This document shows, piece after piece, positions 9,297-20,542 of a DNA stretch of 33,920 nt. The first letter of the stretch is position 1; each line of letters opens with the position of its first letter. This stretch comes from Vannella sp. (lineage: Eukaryota), in assembly GCA_023345925.1 (NCBI GenBank), contig JAJQQN010000617.1, positions 1-33,920 of the forward strand, in the 5' to 3' direction. The position numbers and the translations under genes were made by a program. Below the pieces are notes generated by a model. That model saw nothing but the letters and a program-made list of their open reading frames with translations, made no database searches and was not told where the DNA came from.

Positions 9297-12200
9297 ATGG
9301 AGGTGTTTGGGGACGTAACCCCTCCCAAGGGCCGACGGGGCAAGCAAGGCGACTTTGTGTTCTCCACAGAACGAAAGAGAAGAAACCAAGGCGACGGGAA
9401 GGTGTCCGCGAGGGCTATCTTCGTGACAGACCTTGCTGAGCTCCGCCGACGGAACAAGTTGGCTTGTGCGAGAGTTGTAACGGAGGACCCCGAGGGTTCA
9501 AGGGCCAGGCAAAGCGATTCAAGCGATAGCAATGGATCGGAGATTGCTAGCAAATCCGAAAAGATGTTCCGGCAACGCAAGGCAAGTGGTTTTGCCTCTG
9601 TCGTTGTGGTGGACTCACCCTCTCGCCTCAGAATGAGAACTTTCAGTGCTTCTTTACCATCCCTGGAGTTACTGTCGTCGAGATTGAAGCCTCTTGTGAA
9701 CTCAGTGTGGCGGAGATTAAGGAAAGCGTACTGGTTGAAGCCCGAAAGACTCTTCGCGACTTGGCGCAAAGTGGGAAGCTCGAAGGGTCTGAGCACAAGG
9801 AGTTCTTGAAAGATTCTAGCCAGTATAGCTTCAAGATCGTTGGATTGGAGGAGTACCTTGTCAACGAAGCACTTCCACTATATCCTCCTCACTCAGTCCC
9901 TTTCTCTCTCCCTTTCCCTCTTCTCCTTAACTCCTTTTGATTACGCAGAGAGTGGACTTTATCCAAGCATGCAGTTTGGCGTTTGTCACGCCCCAATTCG
10001 AGATGGTGGAGAAGAGCACAGCACAGGAGAAGTCCGAAGACGCTCGCAAGCTCCGTATCAAAGGAGAACTCTCTCTGGGCACTCAAATAGCTTCCCTTGT
10101 TGGCTCTTCCCAGCTATCCAACTTCCTCAAGTTCGAAGATGACGAAATCGCCTACTTCCGTTGCGAGGCGGTCAAGTGAGTGCCATCTGCAGCGCTCTTG
10201 GGCCCTTCCTAACATCTCAATCCCCAGGCTCAAGCAGAATGTCAGAGAACGTAATCAGTCCAGACGAGCTGTCGTTCGGCAGGAGGCAGCACTGAAGGAT
10301 GAGAGAATCCACTTCCTCCCCGAGTACCTTTTCGGAGAGCCCATGCCTCTCTGTCTCATTGAAGAAATCGTAGTCATCGTGCAAGTGCCCACCACGGCTA
10401 ATGATACCGGTGGTCAGGGAAGTATGAAGTTGAGTGCCCGTTCGGTGGTGACTGCCAGCCAGCTTTTGGAGGTAATCTTCAACAAGTACAAACGGCGACT
10501 GGGAGAGAAGGGGAATGACCTGACCCCTGAGCAGTACATTCTGAAAGTCACTGGATACCAGGAGTATCTCTACGGGTCATCACAATTGATTGGCTACGAC
10601 CACGTTCGGCGCTGTATTAGCAAGAAAGAGCCCATCGAAGTCAGTCTCATCGCTCTGGAAGACATCGAACACATCCTGCAAGAGGTCAGTTCTTCACACG
10701 AGTCAATTGTGGACAAATTGCTTGTCTTTGAGGATCACGAAACAGAACGGGGAGCCCACGTGGAAATCTTCTCAGTCCTGGAGAAGTTCAGGATTCAACT
10801 CAACAGTGTGGAGCGCGCCATTACCCGTCCAGATCTGCTTGGCGATGATTGTTTCCTTTTCCTTCAAGTAGAACTTTTCCATGCAGGGCACCGCATCGGA
10901 CATGGCTTCACCATGGCATCACCAGCTTGCCCCGATCCGCAGTGGAACGAAAAGATCATCTTTGAGGATGTGGTGATGAAGAATATTCCTTTGGGCACCC
11001 GAGTTCTTGTCACCCTCTTCCACCGCCGCTGCGATGCATCAACCACAACAGTTAAGGATGTAGAAAAGACGGATATACCCCTCTCCTGGGTAGCTACTCA
11101 ACTCTACGACTTCCGGCGTGTCATCAAAAAGGGAGGCGCGAACTACCGGATGTGGGTTGACTCCAAACCAAGTCCAATTGGCTCTTGCTACCAAAATCTC
11201 CTACAGATGAATGCACCTATCCTTTTCCTCGAGTTCAGTGGCCTTCACGATGGACAAAGGATCTTTTTCCCAGATTCCACAGTGTGTGCGACTCCCTTAG
11301 CTGAAGATCCTCACAGAGACAAGATTGCTGCCATGCTGGACCAGAGCGGAGAAAGCAAAGCTCACTTGGCCAGCATTGTCGGTGCTGACCCTTTAACGCC
11401 ACTCACACCAAATGACAAACTCATGATTTGGAACTACCGACACCAACTAGTGAACGACAAGGCCGCACTCTCAAAGTTCCTTCTATCAGTGCGATGGGAC
11501 GACTGCTCACAAGCCCGGGAAACCCATGCCATGATCAAATCGTGGTCACGTCCAACGCCTCTCCAAGCATTGGAGCTACTCGATGCAAAGTTTGCGGATC
11601 CCGTCGTCCGAGATTATGGTGTGGCCTGCCTTGATCTCATGGGCGATAGTGAATGCTATGATCTCATGTTACAACTCACCCAAGTCCTCAAGCATGAGCC
11701 CTATCACAATTCTGCTCTAGCTCAGTTCCTCTTAAGAAGAGCTTGGAGCAACTCTAAGATTGGACACTCCTTTTATTGGTATCTCAAGGCAGAGATGCAC
11801 TTGGAGGATGTAGCTGAAAGGTATACTATCCTCTTGGACAGCTACCTCCGGGGGTGCGGTCCCCAGCTAAAGGAGTTGATGAAGCAAAATGACGTCACAA
11901 CTCAGCTCGTCCGCGTTGCAGAGAAAGTCAAAGTGACCGGAAGTGCTGATCGCAAGCGGGTGCTCCACGAGGGCCTACGCAAGTTACAATTACCATCCTC
12001 TTTCCAACTTCCTTTGGATCAACGAGTTGAAGTCAACAGTCTCAACGTTGAGAAGTGCAAGTATATGGACTCTAAGAAGCTTCCCCTGTGGCTTGTGTGG
12101 GATAATGTGGAACCATGTGCTCCTCCTGTTTCTGTGATTTTTAAAGTAGGTGACGATCTACGTCAAGATGTTCTCACCCTCCAAATGATCCGAATCTTTG

Positions 12201-13014
12201 ACAAGGTAAGATTTCCACCGTTATCAGAGTCAAGCGGAATGGCTCATTTCATGTAGCTTTGGAAGAAGGAGGGTCTGGACCTTCTCCTAAAACCCTATGG
12301 ATGTATTGCCACGGGAGATGAAATTGGTATGATTGAGGTGGTTAAGAATGCTGACACCACAGCCAATATCAATAAGGCATGGGGAGGCACAAAAGCCGTC
12401 CTGAAGGAAGACACTCTGACAAAATGGCTCAAAGAGCATAACCCCACAAAGGAACTCTTTGCAAAAGCCCAGGAAACATTCGCGTTATCCTGTGCTGGCT
12501 ATTGCGTCGCTACCTTCGTACTGGGAATAGGTGATCGTCACAACGATAATATCATGTTGACCAGAGAAGGAAATCTCTTCCACATCGACTTTGGACACTT
12601 CCTCGGGAATTACAAGAAGAAGTATGGCATCAAGCGAGAACGAGCTCCGTTTATCTTCACTCCTCAATACGCCCACGTTCTTGGAGGCAAAGGCGGGAAG
12701 CCCTTTAATCGGTTCATCGAGATCTGCTGCAAAGCCTTCAATATCTTACGCCGTCACAAAGACATGTTCATTGTCCTCTTCCAAATGGTAAGCTCTCCCC
12801 CTCTCCAAAGATGTTCTCACCTCTGCTCCAGATGCTCTGCACTGGAATTCCAGAATTGGCCTCGGCAGATGACATTAATTACCTCCGATATGCCTTTGCC
12901 ATTGGTAAAACAGACGAAGAGGCCGCCGCTTATTACAAGAAACTGATTTACAGCAGCTTGGGCACCAAAACTACAATTATCAACGACGCCATCCATGTCT
13001 TTGTCCATCGTTGA
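9297..13014 (+). CDS. Class I phosphatidylinositol 3-kinase catalytic subunit (ABD-like, Ras-binding, C2, helical and kinase domains); introns 9582-9631 (GC-AG), 9880-9944 (AT-AC), 10176-10227, 12206-12256, 12788-12831
   Basis: CKYMDSKKLPLWL, IFKVGDDLRQDVLTLQM, SCAGYCVATFVLGIGDRHNDN, HIDFGHFLGN, RERAPF; RBD YILKVTGYQEYL. Start may be 9234 or 9297. Confidence 0.93.
9582..9631 (+). other. GC-AG intron (50 nt) in the PI3K gene
   Basis: AAG|GCAAGT donor, CTCAC branch-like site, CCTCAG acceptor; phase 0 joins the two frames. Confidence 0.75.
9880..9944 (+). other. U12-type (minor spliceosome) AT-AC intron, 65 nt
   Basis: 5'ss ATATCCTC, branch site TCCTTAAC at 9924-9931, 3'ss TTAC; removal restores the frame (..EALPL-QRVDFIQAC..). 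Confidence 0.88.
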
Positions 13015-13088
13015 GCTTCACAATACAACATGCTGCTCAAGTCTATCAGAAGAGAGGGTATACCTTGCAGAATCTTGCTTTACTCAAT

Positions 13089-13986
13089 TTAGCGGCCAAA
13101 GTAGAGCCCCATCACGAAAATACAAAAGTTGAAGTTGAACATCAACGAAAGCACGTACACCAGGATCACTCCTCCGATGGGGTACAGGAAGTAGACAGCA
13201 TTGTGCAGAAAGGGGAGTGCTGCGATCCCAATTGAGAAAGAATACTGTTAAAGGAGGTGGGATGGATCTGGACTTACCATTGAAACCCAAGAATGTGATG
13301 TGAAAATAATATCCGACCGCGACTGCATAGAGGAGATTGATAAAGAAAGTGGCAAAGAAAGAAGGCAGCATTGCCAGTGGAAGGAGGAAGAACTGCAACA
13401 CATAGAGGATAAGGAAGACTGGGAAGAAGCTGTTGCAGTGGACATCAAAAGCATACAGCCACTCCACAGATTGGTCCACACTGAATTCAAGGGGAGTACT
13501 CGCCCTCAAAAACTTGTTGGAGACCGCCCTACTCGCCTGTCAGATCCCACCCCTCCAAACCCGTCTCTCGCACCAAGTAACAGAGGCTATGAGAGCACCT
13601 AGTAAGAGAAAGTCCACGCAGATTGACCACACCATCGTCCGGATGATGCCAAAGAAGGAGTCAGACTGGAAGGCGATGGCGTAAGCCAGAGAGGCCACCC
13701 CCATGAAGAGGATAAGGATCGCCACAAAGGCTGGATCGTCCCTTGCCCACTGGTTCTTCGTTTCTGTCACCTATTCTTAGTCCTCCAAAGGCCCTTTTGC
13801 CGATCCTGAAGGCGAGATCGTACGTTTGTGGTATGAAGTAGTCCGGTAGACCGCATTCGGGTTCACGCAAAGGTGGAACATCTGCCAGAAGGTGTATTCA
13901 ATGTCCATCTGGGAGTACCTCACAATCCTTCGCACATACTCCGGGAAGAAAGAGTTCCCAGAGTAGCGCGAGTGCGTGGGCAACAT
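13089..13986 (-). CDS. UNC50: UNC-50/GMH1 family Golgi membrane protein; introns 13764-13823, 13529-13573, 13220-13277
   Basis: QMDIEYTFWQMFHLC, YHKQTKNQWARDDPAF, VEWLYAFDVHCNSFFP, ITFLGFNALPFL. Confidence 0.93.
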
Positions 13987-14259
13987 CTGAAAAAGAATGA
14001 CACGTAGCGCTGACCATTTGAATGAAGAACAAACATAAAAATTATTTCCGAAGAGAAAGAAAGACATGCCGCAACTCAAGGAAATTTCTTGTGAGACCTT
14101 CGAAAATTCCGAACAGAGAAGGTTGTTTACAGTCTGGCAGCCCTCAGCAAGAGGTCCAAGTTTCTACTACTTGCAGCTCTCTCGTTCCTCTTTGCAGTGA
14201 TCTCGTGGAGCGAACTTCTTGTCAGTATCCAATCTACAATCAGATTCAAAGGTTCATCA

Positions 14260-14671
14260 ATGGCATTACTTTCACTCTGGGAAACTTTCTGGGTTGGTAC
14301 CCTCATCTACTGGGCTGTCGGCCTCCTTGGTGTTCTATGGAACATTCTCCCTATCCCCCCCAACTTCAAAGACCGAAGGTATGTTTTCCCCACTCTAGTT
14401 AAAGCAAAGCTGAGTTGTTCTGGCAGCCTGGTCACCACGTCGATTATTACAGCCACTTTCTGCTGTTGGTTCATGTAAGCCACCAACTGCAAGCGACTCT
14501 GTGACTTGCACACATATTTACCTGATTTATAGGTGGGCAGTTATCTACATGTCACAGATGTACCCCCTTCCTGGAGTGTGCCCGCAGGTTCTTTGGCCTG
14601 AGAACTACCAGTGTTCGGTATACCCTCCAATAGGCAATCAAACCTGTTACCCACCTGGTGGTCTCTTCTGA
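14260..14671 (+). CDS. ATP6V0E: V-type ATPase V0 subunit e (VMA9/ATP6V0E); introns 14379-14426 and 14475-14532
   Basis: Two hydrophobic segments; TATFCCWFMWAVIYMSQMYPL matches the CCYLFW.I.YLAQLNPL signature. Confidence 0.85.
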
Positions 14672-14809
14672 TCAGGTCAAATCTGCAAAATCCCACAACA
14701 GAGAGTCTGCGATATATTCTCATCGCCTGAAGGATAAACGGATGTAACTAATCGACTGCACGAGTAACAATGGCAATGCACTAGCGACTTGGAGTTGGTT
14801 TATAACTAT

Positions 14810-15108
14810 CTATTTCTTTCCACTCTTCTTGATGCCACCAGTCACGAGCGGACCCTTCTTTGTGGCGGATGCCTGTGCCTGCTTCAAAGCCGCGGCTTCC
14901 TCTTTCTTTCTCTGCTGGAAGGCCAAATCATCCTGTGACGGGGCTCAGAGTTCCTTCTTGCGGAAAGGCTTCAGGACTCACCTCATCCAATTCTGTTTGT
15001 TGTTTCTTTGGCGCCTTGAGAGGCTTCTTCTTTCCGCCTTGATCACCGTCAGATCCCATATGAAGGGCGGATGCATCTGAAGGGCGACGTACCCTGGCGA
15101 CCTGTCAT
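14810..15108 (-). CDS. TMA7: Translation machinery-associated protein 7; introns 15038-15092 and 14933-14981
   Basis: Spliced product [64 protein letters not shown]; absent from the ORF track. Confidence 0.93.
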
Positions 15109-15247
15109 GAGAAAATAAGTGTTCTTCCTCTTCTCAGTCTGCCATGGCAGAGTCAAATGCACCCAAAACCAACGCAAGATTAATAAGTCATCCCCAATCA
15201 ATTTTTTTAATTCATTCAATAAAGAAGAAAACCTCATTTTGGAAGGG

Positions 15248-17410
15248 ATGATCGAGGACGACCTCGAGAGGCTTTGTTCTCCAAAGAGCCCTCCCATTGC
15301 CAAGTGCGCAGCTTTACGAAAGGTGTTGCGAGGCATATCTTCCAACTTCCTTGAGAGCACACTACTCTTTCAACGGTTTGCAGAGGTCTGCGCGATCTTG
15401 TTTGGAGCGGAAGGCAAGCCTGGACTGATTGAAGAGAGCAAGATTGCTTCTGACCTACTACCCTTGCTTGACCCTTCATCTACGGGAATCAACCTTCCCT
15501 CTATTCTCCTTCAGGTCACTTCTGGACCAAGTTCAGGAGGGGTGGCGGGAGGAAGCCCCTACTTCATCCTTGATGCCGCGAAACTACCAGTGAGTGAGAC
15601 CCAAAGCAACCCATTTCAACACTTAGCCCATTTCTAAGGAATCTGTCGCCTCCTTGCTCCAAGACGGGGACATTGGCGAGTTGCCCGAGTTCTTTCGAGA
15701 CCGCACCCACCCAACGACCCAGGAGGCCTTTCTGACCAGCCCAATACCTCGTGTTCAATATGAGATACGACTAGGTATCATATCGCCTCCTCCAAATGGC
15801 TGTGGAGCCTAATTCCAAACCTAGAGAGTCTGGAATACTACTTTTATTGGTTCCTTTGCCATCCGCTTGAACAGAAAGGAAAGACTACCGAAAGGACCAA
15901 ACCTTCAAAGCAGAAGCCAGTCCGATCGAATGAAGAGGCTTCTTGGATGGGAATGATAACGAAGGTAGCGAACCGATTTCCCGTCAAGCCAGAAGACAAA
16001 GTGCCTTCCCAACCGGGAGAGCCCTCAAAACCAAGTCAACCCTACTTGTACTTGGACCTCCTTGACAAATATTTGTCCACTTTCGTTCCCAGGGATTCCC
16101 CAGGTGAGTTCTGATCATCCTCGAACGAAAATGTTCACTTTCTTGTTGCAGAGTCCTCTCGTCTCTCATTTTCTCTCTCCAAACTAATGAGTGAACTTTG
16201 GCTGAACTATGACCAGTCTGTTGGTTCTTCTGTGTCAACTAAGGTTAATCTGTCAATAATTGTCTGGCCCCTCACTCACAATTTGGCCAGCAGAGAGAAG
16301 TCAAATCTCTCAAGTGCCTTGAGGCCATCAAGGGAATGGTATCTTACGTTGTGTCTGATCCAGTCCTGAATTCTCTTCCACGCAGGGAAGATCAACCCAT
16401 GCTCTCGGCCATCGGAAGAGAGATTCAGCGCCCACTTTATGAGTTCATGGTCACCTCATTGGAGGTGTGCAAGATTGCGCATGAGCCACCCATGAAGGAG
16501 CTTCTTGACTTGTGGGCCACTTTCGCACTTCCTTGGAGGAAGCATGAAAGTGCCACTCTGATGCCAGAGAAGGCTCTAGCAAAGCACTGGGAGCTCTTCA
16601 TCCAACAAAATTTGCTGTTCTACTTGGAACCGATATCAAAGTTCCTTGAATACGTGAGAGTCAACGTGAATGTCTCCACAGAACCTGGTTTGGCGTTATG
16701 TGAGACCTTTGTGAGGAGCTTTTTCGAGCGCGGACTGTTCAGGCATGTCCGCCAGCTATCTTTAGCCATTGATGAGATTCAGTTGGGGGGATTTTACACC
16801 AATCAATCACCCGAATGCGCTTCTATTCAACGCCATTTTGCAAAGATGAACGTCAACATGCCTCAATTCCGTTCTGTTTTCTCCCAGATCAATTCAGAGC
16901 TTCCCAAAGGTGTACTAAGGAATATGAGCGGGGACATGGAGTTCTGTATGAAGTATCATCCCAACAGCGCAACCGAAACTTCGAAGATTAGCCAAATTGG
17001 AAGTCAGTTTGCAAGCATCTTTGCTCTTTCTGCATTCTGGAGTGAAATTACACCTTCTCAGTCAGTCCACTCTTCTCGGTTCTGTCGTGGTTGCTCACTT
17101 ACTTTCCAGGTCCAAGCCTGTCAAAAGGGTGACTCGAGTTGCTGGACGAACTCGTCGGCCCCTTGATGTTTCTTTCCGGGGGGATTACTGGAACGCTCCC
17201 TTGGCCTCCTATGAGAACGAATTCGCGGTGAAACAGGCCTACAAGTTGGCCAAGTACCTTCAGGCCACTTATCCTTCTTGTTCTGCCACTTTGCCTCGCA
17301 TTCGTTGGCTCGGGTCCCTCCAAGTTTGGGGTCTGGTCGCTGTTACTTCAGTTGTGTTAGTCATTCTTTGGAGGGTGGCTGCCTCCATCACCGCCCTCCT
17401 CCTTGCCTAA
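15248..17410 (+). CDS. SMPD4: Sphingomyelin phosphodiesterase 4 (SMPD4/nSMase3)-like tail-anchored protein; introns 15590-15638, 15775-15824, 16104-16151, 16244-16290, 17061-17109
   Basis: LEYYFYWF, LLDLWATFALPWR, WELFIQQNLLFY and FRGDYWNAPLASYE resemble conserved SMPD4 blocks; C-terminal TM helix. Confidence 0.7.
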
Positions 17411-17447
17411 ACTAAACTAAACAGAGCGTTGCCGACGTTGGATTGAT

Positions 17448-20400
17448 TTATTCATTCTCAGGGATGACAGGAAGGGAAAAGTCAAAGGACTTTTGAAAGT
17501 AAGGAAGTGTGTCCGATTCATAACCTGACTCGGAGAGTAACTTTCCCGTCATAAGGGCAAGAGGGATCTTCAAGTGACCCAAAAGTATGGCTTCCAAGTT
17601 GGGCCAGGAGCAGGAAAGGGTGCAGTCACTCTTGTCCGAACCAGATAAGGGACTGACGATAACCTCTTCCTTTTCCAAACTCAATCGGACTGATTGGGTG
17701 GCCCCAGTGGCCATGGACACTTGAAGGACAAAGTGGAGGGGATACCGGGGCAAGGACGGGCGGAGGTAGCATTGCTGGAATCGATCCAGAAGGAGAAGGG
17801 CAAAAGGGCGATTCACTTGCTGCAACTCGTACCAGCAATGCCACCTCTCCCGCTCAGCTTCTTCTTTCTGTATTGGAGAGCAACCTTCAGCTGGTAAACT
17901 GTCCACAGAGCGCACAGAAGAAGGGACAAAGTGGAATGCGGTGAGGAAAGCAATCATTTGGAGTGGTTCATTGACTCTCAATGAACCGTCCAACAAAGCC
18001 GATGCGAACTGAATTTGACCGGAAAGGCAGTTCAGAGCATACTCAATGGAAGAGGTAACCACGGTACAGTCATTCGGCTCTGATATCCCATTGAGAACGG
18101 AAACACCGGTTGGGGAAGTCACCACATTGAAGGAGATTCCCGTTGCGTCAGAGAAAAGAACCCGAGTAGAAAGCCCGTTGCCGTGGAAGGAACGTTGGAG
18201 GCATTCTTCAATGAAGCTCATCTTTTGAGATTCTGGAGCGCATTCTTCACTTAGATCGCCCATATTAGTAAGAGACTCTCTGGTGGAATCCTCTCGCACA
18301 TCTTGTTGGAGAGCTTCCTCATCGACAGCAGGGGGCTCCATCGCAGCGAGAAGTTCTCTTTTCAGATTGATAACTGTCCCGTCTCCCTCTGTCTCTTCCA
18401 CCTCCGTTTCTGAGAAAGCTTGGCCTTCTTGAGTGACCTCATTAACTAATGGGGAGCTGCTTTCTTCCAGATCACTCTCATTCACTTGCTCATTAAAAGA
18501 GTTGTTGCATGTCAGAGTCACTCCAATAGTCGATTCAATTTGCTCCCCTTCATCGTCTTCTAACTGTTGGGCGGACTCAGTTGGGTTGCGAGAATCAGTT
18601 TCTTCCTCATCTGATTCCTCATCTGATTCCTCATCTCCCAGCACACTATTCTCATCCGCCTTCATCTCTTCATAAAGTTCAATCTCTTGTAGAGGCCCAG
18701 GCTCTTCTTGGAGATCGAGATCTCGTTCTTTAGACTCGCTTGCTTCAGAGAGCGGTTCCCCCGCAGATTCTAAAGAATCCTCGGTACCATTAACGATCCC
18801 ATCCTCTGCGTCATTACGCAGATGGTACACTCCGTCTTGGTGTGTCTCGTGATCCTCAAGCTCTCGGATAAAGGAGCCTTCTTCGGTTTGGCTTTCCTCT
18901 AACTCAACGTTGTGGCTGAGAGGAGCGTCAGCCTCGAACAGGTCATTGTGATCCTCAAACAGGCCATCTTGAGCTTGGAAAAGGTCGTCGTGATCCTCAA
19001 CTTCTTCGGATTCATATTCCCCTTCGATTCTTCTCTCCTCTTCCTCTTCTTCGCTCTGCCTCAATACCACATCCACATCCACGTCCTCTGGCAGGCTGAC
19101 AGAGGAGAAAAGGGCTTCTGATTCAGATGGAGCAGCGGCAGCATTCCTCTTGTTTGCCACAAATGGCAAAGTGAAGATGTCTTCTTCAAATAGATTGAAG
19201 GCTGGGCGCCGGGCGACCTCTTTGGAAGGAGAACCCTCGAAGAAAAGACTTTTGGAGGTCGGATGAGAATCAAATAACTGATTCTTGAACCCAGCGAGTG
19301 CAGATTGCTTCGGCTTCGCAGGGGACAGAAAGTCCAATGTGCTGTTGAGATCTTCCCGCCCCTGCTCCTCAGCAACAGAGGATTCGCTTGCATTATCAAC
19401 CTCCCAGGGAAGAGCATCCCTTGAGCCCGTCTTTGGGGTGTCAAGTTCACTTTCTGTGGGAGAATCACTTCCCTGGTCTGGGGTCTGAGCATTTGCTGTG
19501 GAGTGCTCTTTTGCCTCTTCTGGTTCAGCATCCCCGAAGATATCGTCAGCATCTTCAATGTCGTCCAAGCCGAGATCTTCGTCACTTTCCTCCGGTTCTG
19601 GTGTTGAAAGAGAAGGTGGCGGCTTTGTTCCCCCCAAAGGAGCAGAGAAGATGTCATCAATAGATGTTACAGCGCGACCAGACGCAGCGCTGGGGCTCGC
19701 TGGCCCTCCAAAGAGGCTGTCCACGAAGGTACGAGCATTCGCCAAAGGAGGCTTCGCTTTGGTCCCCACAGGGTCGAAGATGAAGCCTATACCAGTTCCA
19801 GAACCACCCAACGGCTTCGTGGGAAGGGAAACCTTCTTCGAAGCGCCGGGAGTGGGCAAGGAGAACGAGTCGTCACCGAAAAGGTCCATTCCTTCACTCG
19901 GTTTGGCCTTTTTGGGGCCTGCAAGGTCTTCAAAGATGTCTGCGCCCGATGCTTCACTCTTTCCACCAGAAGAGAGACCTTTAAGCGAGGCTCTGGCGTT
20001 GGGGAAGTCTCTTTGAGCACTCTGGCGCTCTTCGGAGGTGATGGGCCTGGCAAAGGGGAGTCGGGTGAGGCCGAGTGAGAGTTAGAGGAGCTTTACTCAC
20101 TTGGTATCAAGCCAGGAGAGCGTTTCAGGGCTATGAGCGATGACGTAGCTGCGGTACTTTGGCAGTCTGCTGATGGGCGAAGCACTGAGGTCCAAACTCT
20201 CCAACTGTGGAGCATAGAAGAGACCTACAGGGTCATTCAGAAGCCCATTCCCCAGAGATCATCCAGTCTCGTTACCTTCTAGCTGTCTCCACACCTGGAA
20301 ACGGTTCCCGGGCAGATGAAGAGTCCGAAGAGCACCACAAGCAGCGAGCGAGCCGACGTCCTGGATCTGCTGACCCGGCAGAGTGGCCTCCTTCACAGTA

Positions 20401-20511
20401 CGAAAGTCCCCCTGGCCCCAACCCATCAAAACGGGACCTCCGCCACGCCCCAGAGCGGCCCTTCCTCACCGCCCCGACCAAGCTGGCCAACTTCTCCGGA
20501 GTGAGCTTCAT
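17448..20511 (-). CDS. Protein with N-terminal LRR and LRRcap, long acidic region with D-L/I-F motifs, and two C-terminal SCP2-like domains; introns 20412-20469, 20225-20275, 20047-20100
   Basis: Spliced N-terminus MKLTPEKLASLVGAGDFRTVKEATL..LRTLHLPGNRF..LESLDLSASPISRLPKYRSYVIAHSPETLSWLDTKPITSEERQSA runs in frame into the 813-aa ORF; SCP2-like DCTVV..LSGQIQFASALLDGSLRV and DCTLSCS..LLGHLKIPLALMTGKL. Confidence 0.75.
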
Positions 20512-20542
20512 TAAATGGCACCTTTCCTGGCCCTCCGCTGGC

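Noticed and set aside
9896..9948. Alternative in-frame GT-AG intron in the PI3K gene
   Set aside because: GTCCCT is a poor donor, it inserts YPPHS into a conserved motif, and it ignores matching U12 donor and branch signals
15775..15824. Intron starting GTATCA as a possible U12 GT-AG intron
   Set aside because: Lacks the TCCTY donor core and the CCTTAAC branch site; treated as U2
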